A stretch of 64,000 nt of DNA. It comes from Lophium mytilinum. Its lineage: Eukaryota. Within the stretch, counting starts at the first letter, position 1. The number at the start of each line of letters is the position of its first letter. The notes below the pieces were generated by a model. That model did no database searches, was not told where the DNA came from, and was given only the letters and a program-made list of their open reading frames with translations. The position numbers and the translations under genes are program-made. The stretch covers positions 1,123,834-1,187,833 of the forward strand of contig MU004189.1 in NCBI GenBank assembly GCA_010093605.1, given 5' to 3'. Positions 9,968 through 22,142 of this stretch are shown in pieces.

Positions 9968-11239
9968 CGAATCGACGTTTACCATGCGTTACATGTAGCC
10001 AATACCGCCACAGGGGACGAGGCCCGTATTAAACACATTGCAAAAGGTCAGCGTTGACTCGCACGTCAATCAACCGACCAAACCTAAAACTTCAACTTCA
10101 TGAGCTACACCTTCACGCGGGGCTCAGACTGGCAAGCCTCATCAAGCACCCCCTCTCGTGTGTTGTGTGTCTATCAATGCTCGAAGCGCTGTAACAAATC
10201 TCCCCCTTGACCAAAGTCAAAATCTCCTATTCCTTCGCCAGTCTGAAATGCATTGAAGCAATCCAGGTGGTGGCAAACACGCGCACACCCGCGACGGCTT
10301 GCTTTGCATTCGGAGTGCCGCCTTTTGAATAATACCCCACGTCGCCTTCAGCAATCGGGTCGCGACATTCATCACGCCGATTCCTCGCATATTCTCAAGC
10401 CATTGCTTTCTGAAGCACCACCGCGCAGCACCTATTCTTGTTACCCACAATGGTATCGCGAGTGCGATGAATATAGACGATTGAGGGATGGGGTCTGTAT
10501 AATAAAAGGAATTGTACTGCCAGAGCTCGCTTTCTGAATAGGATAGGGATGCAACATTGACGAGATGTGTTTTGAGAATGGTCCTTGCCTTGGCTTCATT
10601 TCATTAGTCGGTATTATCTTTAAGAGGTCGAAACATTGCTTCATTACCTCTGAATGAGTTCTGTAGAGTTTCATATCTAGCACCATCCCTCGTCATAGAT
10701 ATTCAAACACTTCTTTGCGGTTGCGTGACGATCCTTGCAAGTTTCCAGCAGTCCGTATGAGAAGTTCTACATTTTGGACAGCTTAGAATAACGATCTTGC
10801 AAGGCCGACTCCCGTAGCATTTATTTGTGTACCTAGATTTGAACTGTATACGCTGCCCACGCGTTCATATGTACATTAGAGCCTCTTCAGCAATCACAGG
10901 AAAATATATGGATATTGATAGCAACGCACTGTAACGTGGTCCGAGCGGCTGAGGTACATTCGTTCACCGCGCCAGCATCAAAGCCAATGAACTAACGCTC
11001 ATCGCATTCGAGTTCGCCCTGGCTGCATCTTTAACGATGCTTCGCCAAATACAATTTTTTGACGTAACCAAAAACACATGCGGGACCTTCGGGAGTCCGC
11101 CGCGGGGCGGAATATCTTGGCACAAACTCCCATTTCCACCCCACCTCCCGCCGTCAAAAACTCAAAAGTTACCCCGCAAGACTCTATCCTGGCAACTACT
11201 TCTCGCCTCTCTCCATCCAACAAAAGGACCAAAGTTGCA

Positions 11240-12248
11240 ATGACGAACGTCTGCGAAGCATGCAAAGAGCCTTTAGTCGTCGAGGTCGAGCTCTCCGATG
11301 ATGAAGAAGATGTGGAGATGGGCGGATCGAGTTCTGCAGCTGCCGCAGCTGGGAATGGGGGCGTGAAGACGGTGCCGGATGATATTAACCTGAATTGCGG
11401 TTGTCATTTCCACTGGTGGGTGGTTATTTTCCACAGAGACTATCATTTCTTTCTTGACGACTTTGCTAAGGTCATTCTCGTTCTTTACCACTCACTTCCA
11501 CAATTTTATCTCCCATCTCAAGATTGTCAAGCAGAAAATGAAAGTACAGCATTCGACCATTGAACTGACCCTAATTGATAACAGGACATGCCTCCTCGAC
11601 TCCTACACCCACACCTCCTGCCCCTCCTGCGACCGCGACATCACATCCACAACCTCCACGAACCCGCCCCAGATCCAAGTCCTCTGCACCCTCACCAACG
11701 AAGGCGGCGTGCAGCCAAACCTCGACATCCTCCCCCTTCTCACGGAAGAAAGCTACTTAAAAGCATACCCAGAAGACCGAAAAGCGCGTGCATTCCTCGA
11801 ATTCTGCCGCGAGGGCGACGTCGCAGCTGTCGTAGAACTGCTACAAGCAGAGGACGACGATGACGAAGACTCAGACGAGGATGACGATGCGATGGAGGAT
11901 ACCACAGCTCCCGGCGAGAAGCGAGAAAGACGGCATATTGATCTGCTGAGGTATCAAGATCCCATTGGGGATATGCAGTCGGCATTGCATGCTGCAGTTG
12001 CGGGAGGCAGTAGGGAGGTTGTGTGGTTGCTGTTGCTGCTTGCGTCTCAGCTGCCGCTATCTGAGTTCCCGGCACTGGTGTTCCAGGAGGCGTCGAAGTT
12101 AGGCGTGATGCGGGATGATGACGAGGTGGCGGGGAAGACGGATATCAGGACGCTGAGGGACTGTGATGGGAGGAGCGCGGAGGATTTGGCGAGGGAGGTG
12201 GGGGTGATTTGGAATGGATGGGTTGGGAATGGGAGGTTGACTATATGA
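11240..12248 (+). CDS. RING-finger plus ankyrin-like repeat protein (putative E3 ligase); 2 exons, intron 11416-11584
   Basis: Splicing GT(11416)..CAG(11584) joins two ORFs to give CEAC...CGCHFHWTC...CPSC (RING-type ligand pattern). Later FLEFCREGDVAAVVELL and QSALHAAVAGGSREVVWLLL are ankyrin-like. Confidence 0.82.
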
Positions 12249-13825
12249 GAAGAATCATGGGGATAAAACGGTGTTTGCAGATTGAGTGTAGGTGTGGTTA
12301 GAGATGCGGCGATGAACGGCTATAAGCGGTTTTTACTTAGACTCTGAACGTTCGATGGGGCAGATTGCAAAATAAACCGTAAGTCCCACCATCACAAAGT
12401 AATCCACGTCGTTAGCTTATTGTATGTGAAGTTGGTCTCTGTGGTTTGAAACGGTACAGGCACAGGTTTTCGTATTTGAGTAGCTTTTGTTCTATCTCCT
12501 TTCACTTCGAAATCTTACTGTTCCCTAATCTAATTTCTCCTACGAATGGTACCTTCCTCATCCAATATAAAGCCTCTGAACCTTGACATTCACTTAAGAC
12601 GCTTTGAATGCCTCCTCCCCTCCGCAGGAATCACGTGCTTTCCAGCTGTCTTCCACGAGTTTCCCCGAATTTCTCATCTCCACGTACTGTAAAACCTCGC
12701 CTCCTTCCCAAGGTTTAGGGTCTGCCAGTCAGGATTAGAGCTCACAGGTTTGAGAGCTCTTACGAAACCTTCCCAGCATCTCAGGGGATCCACCGCTTGG
12801 TGGGATGGTTTCGAGGGAGTCGGCAGATTCCAACAAAAGAGTTACGTGTTCTGATGGTCTGTTCGAGGGACATCAACGGTGTCAAAGCCGAAGTCCGATG
12901 AAAAGAGTAAAAGTATTCTGCTGAGAGTGGAATGGTGGGAAGTTGGGCGAGAAGTTGATTCAAGAAGGGGGGGTTCAAGAAGGCTTGATGATGAACAGCA
13001 ATGACAAGTGGAGATGGTGGAGATATTTAGAAGGCCCTATCAAGCAGGAAGTTTATATATGATGCTGGGCATTAGATCACGAGAGAATTGAGTTTACTAA
13101 AGTCTTTACGTGAAGCCTTTTAGTACTGTACTCTTTATAACGGCACTATACCTGTCTGCACACTAATGTACGATCAATCTAAAGTACTGGTGAGAACATT
13201 TTTCGTTGATCGTTTTCCTTCTTAGCTACCACTCATTTCAGCTACTTCGAGTCTCCCCGGTGTATCCCTAGCAGCGACTGCTTCTCATATACTACCCTAC
13301 CCAGGCACGCGGGGCATGGATCAGGTGGCACTCGTGATGATACTTGAGGCCGCAATGGATTTAGACGCGTGTATGTCACTGCCTAGGTTGCTATAATGCG
13401 TTTTTAGAAATCTTGACGAAAGAGAGAGTCTTCACATTGGGCTATTTGAACAGGGGTTGAAGCACTACAAGCAGAGACAGACAGGTGTATACGAGATGAA
13501 GAATGTGCCCACTTTTTTATGCCCGGTGTGCCAGGTATTCTTCTCAGCTAGAAAACTTTTGACAACGCTCTCTCATCAATAACATGCTGCTGTCGCAATC
13601 GGCTCCTTCGGTTGATGCTATGGTGATTGCAATGGCGATGGGTATGAATGAAAGGTGTCTTGGTGAGAGACACACGGCGGAGGTGAAGGAAATGCCAAGC
13701 GTCACGTGCGCACGCTTGGGCGCGATCTCTCCGAAAGACCTCGACGCGTTCTTTCTGCGTCAACTCCATCACGACTCATCCCAATTCACCCACATCAACA
13801 GACTCTCCCCAACGAGTCCGCAACC

Positions 13826-14432
13826 ATGACTGGAAAGAAAGGCGTTGCCCGCACCAAGAAACGCGCTGCGGAGGTCGATTCGGACAACGAGATTATCACG
13901 AAGAAGGCTAAAGCTACGTCTTCAGGCCCGCCAGAACAACACAAGGACTCCGATGGACAGCCATACTGGGAAGTATGTAGCAAGCTTAGCCTTTAATTGG
14001 ATAAGAATGCTAAATAATCTGTGCAGCTGGGTACGAAGAATCGCGTGTCGATCGCCGAGTTCAAGGGAAAGACATTCGTCAACATCCGGGAGTACTACGA
14101 GAAGGATGGCAAATGGCTGCCTGGGAAGAAGGTAATTGGAAGACAATGAAACACAGGAAAGCACTGAATGGCTGACCCGAGACATATAGGGTATTATGCT
14201 TCCACCAGAGCAATACACGATCCTCCTCGCCGCCCTCCCCCAAATCGAGAAGGTCCTCAGTGAAAGTGGAGTAATCATTCCAAGACCCCAGTACGACGGA
14301 GCCCCCGGAAAACCCGCTGGAGATGACGATGAATTGGACGTGGACGAGGCAGAAGATGAAGAAGAAGCTCCGAAGGTTAAGAGGAACAAGCGCAAAAGCC
14401 CGAGCGCAGATGCAGATGAGGATGAAGATTGA
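13826..14432 (+). CDS. SUB1: Transcriptional coactivator PC4/Sub1; 3 exons (introns 13973-14026, 14132-14189)
   Basis: Spliced product contains [45 protein letters not shown], the PC4 ssDNA-binding domain signature; canonical GT-AG introns. Confidence 0.95.
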
Positions 14433-14718
14433 GGATTCAGGCGCGGACCGTGCCATTTTCTCTGTGGGGGGCCTAGGCGTACAAGGGGAACATGCTGAGA
14501 CCACCTCGATCTCATGTCGTTAAGGTGTCGGCGTTTGCGGGACTATCGGACAAGAGGCAAGGCGTTATGATCGTGTCAATATACCCTTTCAATCCACCGG
14601 CTCTCGTTCAGGGCGGGCTTATCTTGCTTTCCACTTTCAAACGGATGTGCCGACTCGCTTTCAGAACGTCATGTAACGAAAGCAGTACCTGGGGTTCGCG
14701 CTCGACACTTAGGTAAAG

Positions 14719-14762
14719 TGCATGTGTAAGTTTGCATGTGTAAGTTTGCATGTGTAAGTTTG
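14719..14762. repeat. Perfect tandem repeat, 3 x 14 bp (TGCATGTGTAAGTT)
   Basis: Three exact units visible downstream of SUB1. Confidence 0.95.
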
Positions 14763-15233
14763 TCTCCTGCCTATTGATTGATATGCTCCTTTGATCTTTT
14801 CTAATTCTCTAGTAGACGCAGCAGGATTTCTGTATCCTATATCATTTTTTCCAAGCTTTCCCAGCATCACCGATCAATCCCTCTGGATGTTTCCCTAATG
14901 CCTCTCCTCCCTATCCTGCTTCTTCGCCTCTACAAGCAGCAATAAGACCCAAGCCCACAACAATATGTCAATGGCCACCTGGGACAGGATCCTTCACCAA
15001 TGACTGCACGCTCAGCTCTTCTCCGACTGCGATGTCTTCGCGTATAGTACAATCCCGGCAATGCGCTGCTGAAGCGGTGAATAGGCAACCGGCTAGAATG
15101 TTCCATTTCTATCTATGCCAGTATACTCTTTCCCTAATGCATCTCCCCTCTTTCGGAACTTTAAATGGCTATCTTAGTATCCACGGTCCACTCTATAAGG
15201 AACTACCTAGGCCATTATAGGTGCGTCATACGC

Positions 15234-16964
15234 TCACCACCCATATTCGGGTGCATCTCTCACGTCTACCTGTATACGTCCTGCAAGGCCTTTCAATACC
15301 CAGCCAATATCATCGCCATACTCCTTTCTTAGTCGGAACCCGCGCGGATGTTTCTGCAGGCTCACCATCACCCAGTCTGGGCAATCTTCAGTAAACTTGG
15401 AAGAGGCATGCGCGTGTCTCATGTCAGACGACCAGATAACCGCGGAGACTGCACTCAAGTCGATGTCTTCCTCATCTCTCAGACCGCGCTCCTGGTCCAA
15501 GCTGAAGGGGTACGCGTGGCCTATGAATCGAATGAGTCTCTGACCCTGCAGGAGCTCAGCAGCTTCGAACTCGCTTAGGGCGGAGAGATTGGCTTCGACA
15601 AAGCCGAGAACCGAGGACCATAAACCGGTGAGGAGGTTGATACGACCGAAGCGCAGGTATTCGATTGTGCTAGCATGCGTCTTGAGGAGCTTCGTAAGGT
15701 CATCTGTGTCGATAAAGGCGTTTGCAAGCTCGAGGGACCGTAGTTTGGACGCTTGAAGAGTTTCTGAAAGCGCATGCAGCAGTCTGGAGCTCTTGCGCTC
15801 AAGTTTGGTCTTAATCCAAGCAACCACTCCAACGTGACGAAACAAGAAAGATATCTTCAGCTCTGTCAGCGAAGCAGCGGCCGACACGACACGGACAAAC
15901 GCGTCTATGGCCTCGTCTATGGTTCTCGACCCGTAGTCTGGATGAAGTTAGCAGGTGTTTTTTGAAAGCAGTCTTCTGCCAAACGCCCAGGCACATCGAT
16001 CCACCGCTAATCGGCATTCATCTAGAGTCTTTTCAAACGCCAGATACACTGTTCGGATCAGTACTGCAGAGACTAGGCTGCTTCTTGACTCTCCAACTTC
16101 AGCTAACTGAAGCCCTCTACACGGTTGTACCGAGCTCGAAGATTGGAGCCTGAGCAGCAGGAAACTCATGTGCCCAGATCTATAACCGATCAACATACCT
16201 TCAACACACTCCGTCGTCAACGCCACCCTCAACGTCCTCAATCCAGTCAAGTCCCCTCTCATAGCCTCTGTGTGGAGGAACAATCGCACCGACACCCCAA
16301 ATGTCGACTTCGCTGGGTCTTCCAGCACCAATTTGCTGATCTGGCTTCCACGCCCAAACGTCAATATCGGCCTCAGTATTGCCACAGCACCCCGCAGTGC
16401 CTCCGACGGGTGGATCTCCTTGAACTTCTCCCTGATATATGGGTGCCCGCTCCACCTTTCTGCACACGGCATATCATAATCACAGCAACTGTTGATCGTC
16501 ACTTCCGCGAGTGCAGGCAAGCGCGGAATCGCTTTGTTGAGATACGTCTCCAGGACGCAGGTCGGCTGGTCGTAGTCCCCGATAGGCGCTTTCATGATGC
16601 CATGCTGGGCGAAGAGTAACGGATCCACGTGCATTAGTGTCCATTGAAGAGACTTGACGGCGGTTCGCCAGTCGGGGTTCGAGGCGATCTTCTCGATGCC
16701 GTCCATGTATTTGTGGTTGACAGTCCGCCAGTGCGGCTTCCTCATGAGTGTTTTGAAGAAGAAGCGGCCGAACGCGGCGGAGGATTTGCGGTAGACCTCG
16801 TGGTTGGTCCTGCGGAGGGCGAGGAGGGTGGTTTTGGCAACATTGGGTGGTTCTGTGATGGAGAGGGCGTCTTCTTCGAGGATTTCTTTGATGATGGCTT
16901 CGAGGATTTCTGTTGGGAGGGTGGAGAGGCGGTCAGGTCCGCGGTAGGGGGGCGGGTGGTGCAT
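15234..16964 (-). CDS. F-box-like + LRR-like protein (family B); 2 exons, intron 16198-15938
   Basis: LSTLPTEILEAII...LLALRRTNHEV F-box-like start. GTATGT donor at 16198, GCTAAC branch and CAG acceptor at 15938 join the 338-aa and 217-aa ORFs in frame. LxxLxL repeats. Confidence 0.82.
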
Positions 16965-17357
16965 CTGGGCCGCGATGCGGGCGAGGACGTCGTTGAACTG
17001 GCGAGTTAGTAGGAGAATCTATTATAGTGAGGGCAGCGTACCCTCTGAGAATCCATCACGGATGATTGGAGGAAGGTTAGTCGTGTCGTGGCTGGAGATT
17101 CTTGGAAGGTCAGACGTATGTGTTGCACCCCTAGTCACGATTAACTCGCGGATTGGCCAAGGCTGTGCTTTTCCGAGCGGCACTCACTGTTTAGTGATAA
17201 GTGAGCGCCCTTAGCCTTTATCGCCTCCAGGAGTTTAGTTCTCCTCCTCCACTTCAACATCTCGCCACCAAAACGCGACCCACCCACCACGCCGTCACGA
17301 CAACACATTTGGACCCGACCACGCGCCTCTCCTTCCATCGCCAGCACATACTGTATA

Positions 17358-18893
17358 ATGGAGCGAGGAGAGATGGAGCTCTCAAGCATATCCGAGCAGG
17401 GCATTCTCGATCGACTACCTGACGAGCTTCTTCTGAGCTTCATGAGATTCTTGGACACCGAGTCCCTCGTAAAGGTTTCGCAGATGTGCAAGTCTCTAGG
17501 TCGTACCGGACAAGAGATTTTGTTCCACACCATTGAGTTGAACACAAAGCACGAATATGGAGACGCCTTCCTCCAATGCCGACAGCTCATACGTACCCTC
17601 CTCCACCGCAAAGATCTCCGAGGCAAGGTCAAGAAACTGACAACATACCTTCATAACGACGCCAACGCTGCAGGCCGAAAAGATCCACTGACCTCGGCGG
17701 AAGTCACAGCTTTGCTAAGCGTCACGGATTCTTTGGCCTGGACAACGTATGGGTGTCCTTATGGCAAATGTGAAAACTTCTTTCGCGACAAAATGGGTGG
17801 CGATGTCGGGGCCTTGTTCTTTCTGCTTCCATCTCTCGAGGTCTTGAAGATGAACAGCCACCACAACCTCACAACGTACAACAGCCTTTTTGGTAGTTTC
17901 ATGGTCCCTCTGATCACTCTTCCCGCCTTCCAGAAACTCCAGTCCCTGACAATCTACCGGACCTTTCATCGATTGTACCCCTTTTTCGAGATTGGGCACC
18001 CACTTTCTCTCCTGACCCTCCCTAATCTCACGCGGCTAGATCTGGGATGCGTCACTGTCGAGACCTTCATGCACTTGATCGACAAACCTGTTACTCCGAC
18101 TTATCTCTCAGGAATCAAGCATTTATCTCTCGAACACGCCGGCATGGATCAACTCGATACAGACCATCTTCTGGGCAGCCTTCTCAGGTGCCTCCGCCCA
18201 CTGGAGTCTTTTGCCTGGATAGACTATCACTGGGATGGTGTGCTCAGCGTCGCCTACACGACTCTATTGCAACAGCTAGCCTCCTCGTACCACAGCCTAC
18301 AAAAGCTCACCATCATAGGGCCAATATGGTACGATGGTGATATTCTCGCCTACCCTATTACCACTCTTCGGTCCTTCACACAGCTACGCTTCTTGAGGAT
18401 CGATCAGCATGCGCTCGTAGGCTCGCCTATCACTCGGATGAACCAAGCCGAATTTGGAACGGTGATTGGGCATGGAGGGTTGGTTGAGAAGCTACCGATA
18501 TCTTTGGAGACTTTAGTGGTCAATTGCAAGGGTAAAGATGCGGTGGAGCTCTGTGATGAGATGCTGGCGCTGAAGAACACGGCAATGGCGATCTGCAATG
18601 GCGAAGTGGAACATCGTCCAGAAGAGGGAGTCGAGCAGGACGAAAAGCTCAACGAGTTGAAGTTTCACGAACTGGATACCCACGAAACAGAGATTCAAAG
18701 GCTCAAGCAAGGCCAGCAGGAGGGCTACGACGGCGCTATATTCCCGTTGACTAATTTGCATAAGGTCACGATCAACGTGGATTTGAAGGGCGAGTTCGAA
18801 ACGACCATGCTAACAAGCATGGCGGACAGATGGCGGAAGGCTGGTTGGGAGCTGAATGAAGTACTCTTTATCGAGGATGAGCACCCCACATAG
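17358..18893 (+). CDS. F-box/LRR-like protein (family A, copy 1), 511 aa
   Basis: LDRLPDELLLSFMRFLDTESLVKVSQMCKSL F-box followed by many LxxLxL units; single exon. Confidence 0.9.
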   Translation: MERGEMELSSISEQGILDRLPDELLLSFMRFLDTESLVKVSQMCKSLGRTGQEILFHTIELNTKHEYGDAFLQCRQLIRTLLHRKDLRGKVKKLTTYLHNDANAAGRKDPLTSAEVTALLSVTDSLAWTTYGCPYGKCENFFRDKMGGDVGALFFLLPSLEVLKMNSHHNLTTYNSLFGSFMVPLITLPAFQKLQSLTIYRTFHRLYPFFEIGHPLSLLTLPNLTRLDLGCVTVETFMHLIDKPVTPTYLSGIKHLSLEHAGMDQLDTDHLLGSLLRCLRPLESFAWIDYHWDGVLSVAYTTLLQQLASSYHSLQKLTIIGPIWYDGDILAYPITTLRSFTQLRFLRIDQHALVGSPITRMNQAEFGTVIGHGGLVEKLPISLETLVVNCKGKDAVELCDEMLALKNTAMAICNGEVEHRPEEGVEQDEKLNELKFHELDTHETEIQRLKQGQQEGYDGAIFPLTNLHKVTINVDLKGEFETTMLTSMADRWRKAGWELNEVLFIEDEHPT

Positions 18894-19784
18894 GAATAAC
18901 GAGGGTGAGGATCTCGATGGAGAGGTCGAGCCCTTAGTGGGTCACTACACAGGATATTATGATAGAACTCTCTGTGCTCGGTTCTAAGTCACAAGTGCAA
19001 CTGTGGTGTGTACGGTGCTTCAGATAGGAATGAAGTGTAACTTTAACTTGCTGTTTCTATGGTCACCCGTAAGGGTATTAAGTGCACTTACGATCGTAGC
19101 ATAAGAACAATTACATACAGCAAGCACTGCTGGTAGCAACCAAGGGTGCTAGCAGCATTCAGGCCGAATCTCGTACATGATGTTCCCCTTCCATCCATGT
19201 GCAGACGCCACGGCTTAAAACCCAACCACAGTACACGTGGTGACAGCCTAAGAAAGAATTGCGTTTTATCTAGATAGTCCGTGTAGGGCGACTAGTCACC
19301 TTCAATCTAAAGAAAGACAACATGAAGTTCTATATCTTAATCATAGATTGCCTGCTTCGAGTGGTTTTTCGGATCTGTGTTGTGTCTCGTATTTGTAGAC
19401 CTAGTCTCGCCGCGTTAGTTGCTTACCCAGGTTGGCCTCGCAGTATCAAGCTCTCAATCATTTAGTTGGAAAGGGGTGTCTCAAGAAATCAATTATAGTT
19501 ACTTCGTAAATGTTTCACTCTTCACTCACAAACATTCATGCTTTTCTCGTGGTTCCGCCAACAAGATCTATACAAGTGCCGCTGAGCGTGTTCATGACCT
19601 TCACGTACGCGAGACTTCACCAACGCCTGCCGTCCTCTTTACCGAACTTAAATAGTCTCTCCCACCTCCAACGTTCCTTGTCTGCATCAACCACACACCA
19701 TTTCCAACACAACCAACCCCACTCAACTTCCCCGACCCCGACAGCCCGCTATTCCCCAGCTTCCACTCCCTAGTCGACAGCCTC

Positions 19785-21476
19785 ATGGCGTTGCCTCTAC
19801 CCGAAAGCCGCTTGGGTCCGAGGCAGGGCCCTCTGGGTCGACTACCCGACGAGCTTCTCTTGAAGGTCTTCGAAGTGCTATTCCACGCCATTAATCTGGA
19901 CTCAGGCGCCCTCAATGGTGTCTTTGATCAAGTTCGCCAGCTATTACGAACGCTAGTACTGCGCCCAGGCCTACAGAGAAAAGTCAAGATTCTGAGGATA
20001 TCCATTGGCGATAGGGTGGGAGTTTATAAAACAGCCGACGCACTTGGCCCAATACACACGGCCTCAATCCTAGAAACCATGGATAACCTTCATTGGGGAA
20101 TGCTAGGAGGCAGAAGTGGGCCCCAAGCAGATCTGTTTCGCAAACGCATTGGGGGGTCAGGATCTATCGGGGCCCTGTTCGCTCTGCTTCCCAATCTACG
20201 ATCCTTGGAGCTGGAGCTTGTCTCAATGCGACGCCATGATACTTTGTATCACACTCTCTTCGGCGGTTTCCGAGTTCCTCTCGAGTGTATCCCAGCCGCC
20301 GAAAACCTTCGCACCTTGATAATCCATCAAGACGTGTGCAATCAGATACCATGGCTTGAGATTGAGAGCCCCTCGTCGCAATCTTTCCTTACACTGAAGA
20401 ATCTGACCCGGCTAGAGCTATCGCACGTCACTGTAGAAGGCTTGCAGTGTTTTGCCACTAAACGCCTCAGCTCGGACACGCTCTCCAAGGTCAAGCATCT
20501 GTCTCTTGAAAATCCCGAGTTCTTCGGCGGCTTTCCATCAACAGATATTCGTTTGCAAAACTTTCTTCTCAGCTTCGGTTCATTGGTGTCATTCACCCTG
20601 AAGGACGCTACAGTGTGGGCGAGCCGTAGGACTGTGTCTTACTCAGATCTGCTAGACTACCTCTCTGTATCCCACGAAAGCTTAGAGTCCCTAACTCTTG
20701 TATGGCCCGGTCGGAATGCCCGTCCTCCCAACACATATGCTATCTGCAGCCTTAGCGCTTTCAAGCGCCTACGCCATGTGGAAATCGAGCAAATGGCACT
20801 CGTCGGCCATCCAGTAAACCGTAGCAACAAGACATGGGATGTAGTGAACGGAGTAGAGGCCAAATTATGGCCATCCTCGCTGCGGAGTAGAATGCCCGAA
20901 TCTCTCGAGACGTTGGTTGTGCAAAGCGGAGTTCAGGAATGGGAGTCCACGCACCATATTGTGCACGAACTTTCTGAGCTAGATTTGGTATGCATTGATT
21001 TGGGCGGCATTGTGAGCAGAGCCTGTGAGGAAAACATACGAGATTTGAGACTACGGTTAGAAGAAGATGATATAGCTGGCATATATCTCGATGGAGAGGC
21101 CAGGGGGAGCCTCGATGATGACGAGAACGAGGATGTTGAGCCTCAGGAATGCGACGGCGACGAGGTATTCATCGATGCTGATTTCGCCCTTCATGACCCC
21201 GAAGAGATTTATGATCCCGACTATCCAGGCTCAGACTGCCTACAGGTCGATGAGCCGGACGAAGAGTACTGGCAATCTGGTGATCGCGGATATGTCGACG
21301 AAGAGCCAGATCTAATTGAAGTGCCCAACAAGAACGGATCGGCAAACCTGCAGAAGGTAGTTGTGAAGGTTAACATAAGAGTTCAGCAGATCCCGCCTGA
21401 AGCGATGAGGAGATGGGAGCAATTAGCGTGGAGGCATTTCGGGGTGGAGGTCGAGTTGCAGAACTTCGACCCGTAA
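19785..21476 (+). CDS. F-box/LRR-like protein (family A, copy 2) with internally deleted F-box and long acidic insert, 563 aa
   Basis: Collinear with copies 1 and 3 (RQLLRTL, GALFALLP.L, NLTRLEL, SHESLE.LT, ALVG.P, SLETLVV), but LPDELLLKVF joins directly to EVLFH. Confidence 0.88.
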   Translation: MALPLPESRLGPRQGPLGRLPDELLLKVFEVLFHAINLDSGALNGVFDQVRQLLRTLVLRPGLQRKVKILRISIGDRVGVYKTADALGPIHTASILETMDNLHWGMLGGRSGPQADLFRKRIGGSGSIGALFALLPNLRSLELELVSMRRHDTLYHTLFGGFRVPLECIPAAENLRTLIIHQDVCNQIPWLEIESPSSQSFLTLKNLTRLELSHVTVEGLQCFATKRLSSDTLSKVKHLSLENPEFFGGFPSTDIRLQNFLLSFGSLVSFTLKDATVWASRRTVSYSDLLDYLSVSHESLESLTLVWPGRNARPPNTYAICSLSAFKRLRHVEIEQMALVGHPVNRSNKTWDVVNGVEAKLWPSSLRSRMPESLETLVVQSGVQEWESTHHIVHELSELDLVCIDLGGIVSRACEENIRDLRLRLEEDDIAGIYLDGEARGSLDDDENEDVEPQECDGDEVFIDADFALHDPEEIYDPDYPGSDCLQVDEPDEEYWQSGDRGYVDEEPDLIEVPNKNGSANLQKVVVKVNIRVQQIPPEAMRRWEQLAWRHFGVEVELQNFDP

Positions 21477-22142
21477 TCATTCCCAGAATACACGCCCACG
21501 GGAAGCCTTGCTAGGGTCCAACGAATGGGGTCTTGTGGATCGATCCCTAAAAGATGGACTGTAACTCAGATACAGAATGCTACATTGAATCACTTGACGT
21601 AGCAGAGTCCTGAGGCCCTGCTGATAATCACTGATGCCATGTGAGCACAATACCCATCTCGTGAATGCTATTATGCTATTCTCAAAGTACAATACCAAGA
21701 ACGTTTCGGGCTCTTTTGTCGTGTTTCAAGGAGTGGTTGGACCGCCTAGTTGCAGTTTATGGAGCAGGCGACCTAGATCACGTGCACCAAGATGCACGAC
21801 TCGCGGAAAAGTGCCATCAAGTGGGAGCTACGAGGGCATCGAGTGGGAGCGACGAGGGCAACGAAGGACTACACTAGTACCTAATGTATTGTATCAGATC
21901 TCCAATTTTCCAAGAAGAAAGTCATACGTGGCATGTCGCCATGTTCCCTTGCTCTTTGGTACCGAGTCTCTGAACCGTGGATCTGAATTTATTTGTTCTT
22001 GGCACGCACATGGCACAAAGCCTTAAACTCTGCCTTGGGCACCCTACATCCAAATTCTTCACGTATCATCTACCTATATCTCTTCCAACGCAGGTCTACA
22101 ATCCACGAAAGCTGTTCACGAGAGTCGCGGCGTCCGTCCAGC

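Noticed and set aside
12520..12980. Possible decayed minus-strand gene (GTAAGA..CTGAC..CAG intron-like signal, short coding-like run)
   Set aside because: Short, contains stops and has no recognisable motif; cannot be supported.
14719..14762. Short direct repeats as a CRISPR-like array
   Set aside because: No spacers and a eukaryotic context; a simple minisatellite.
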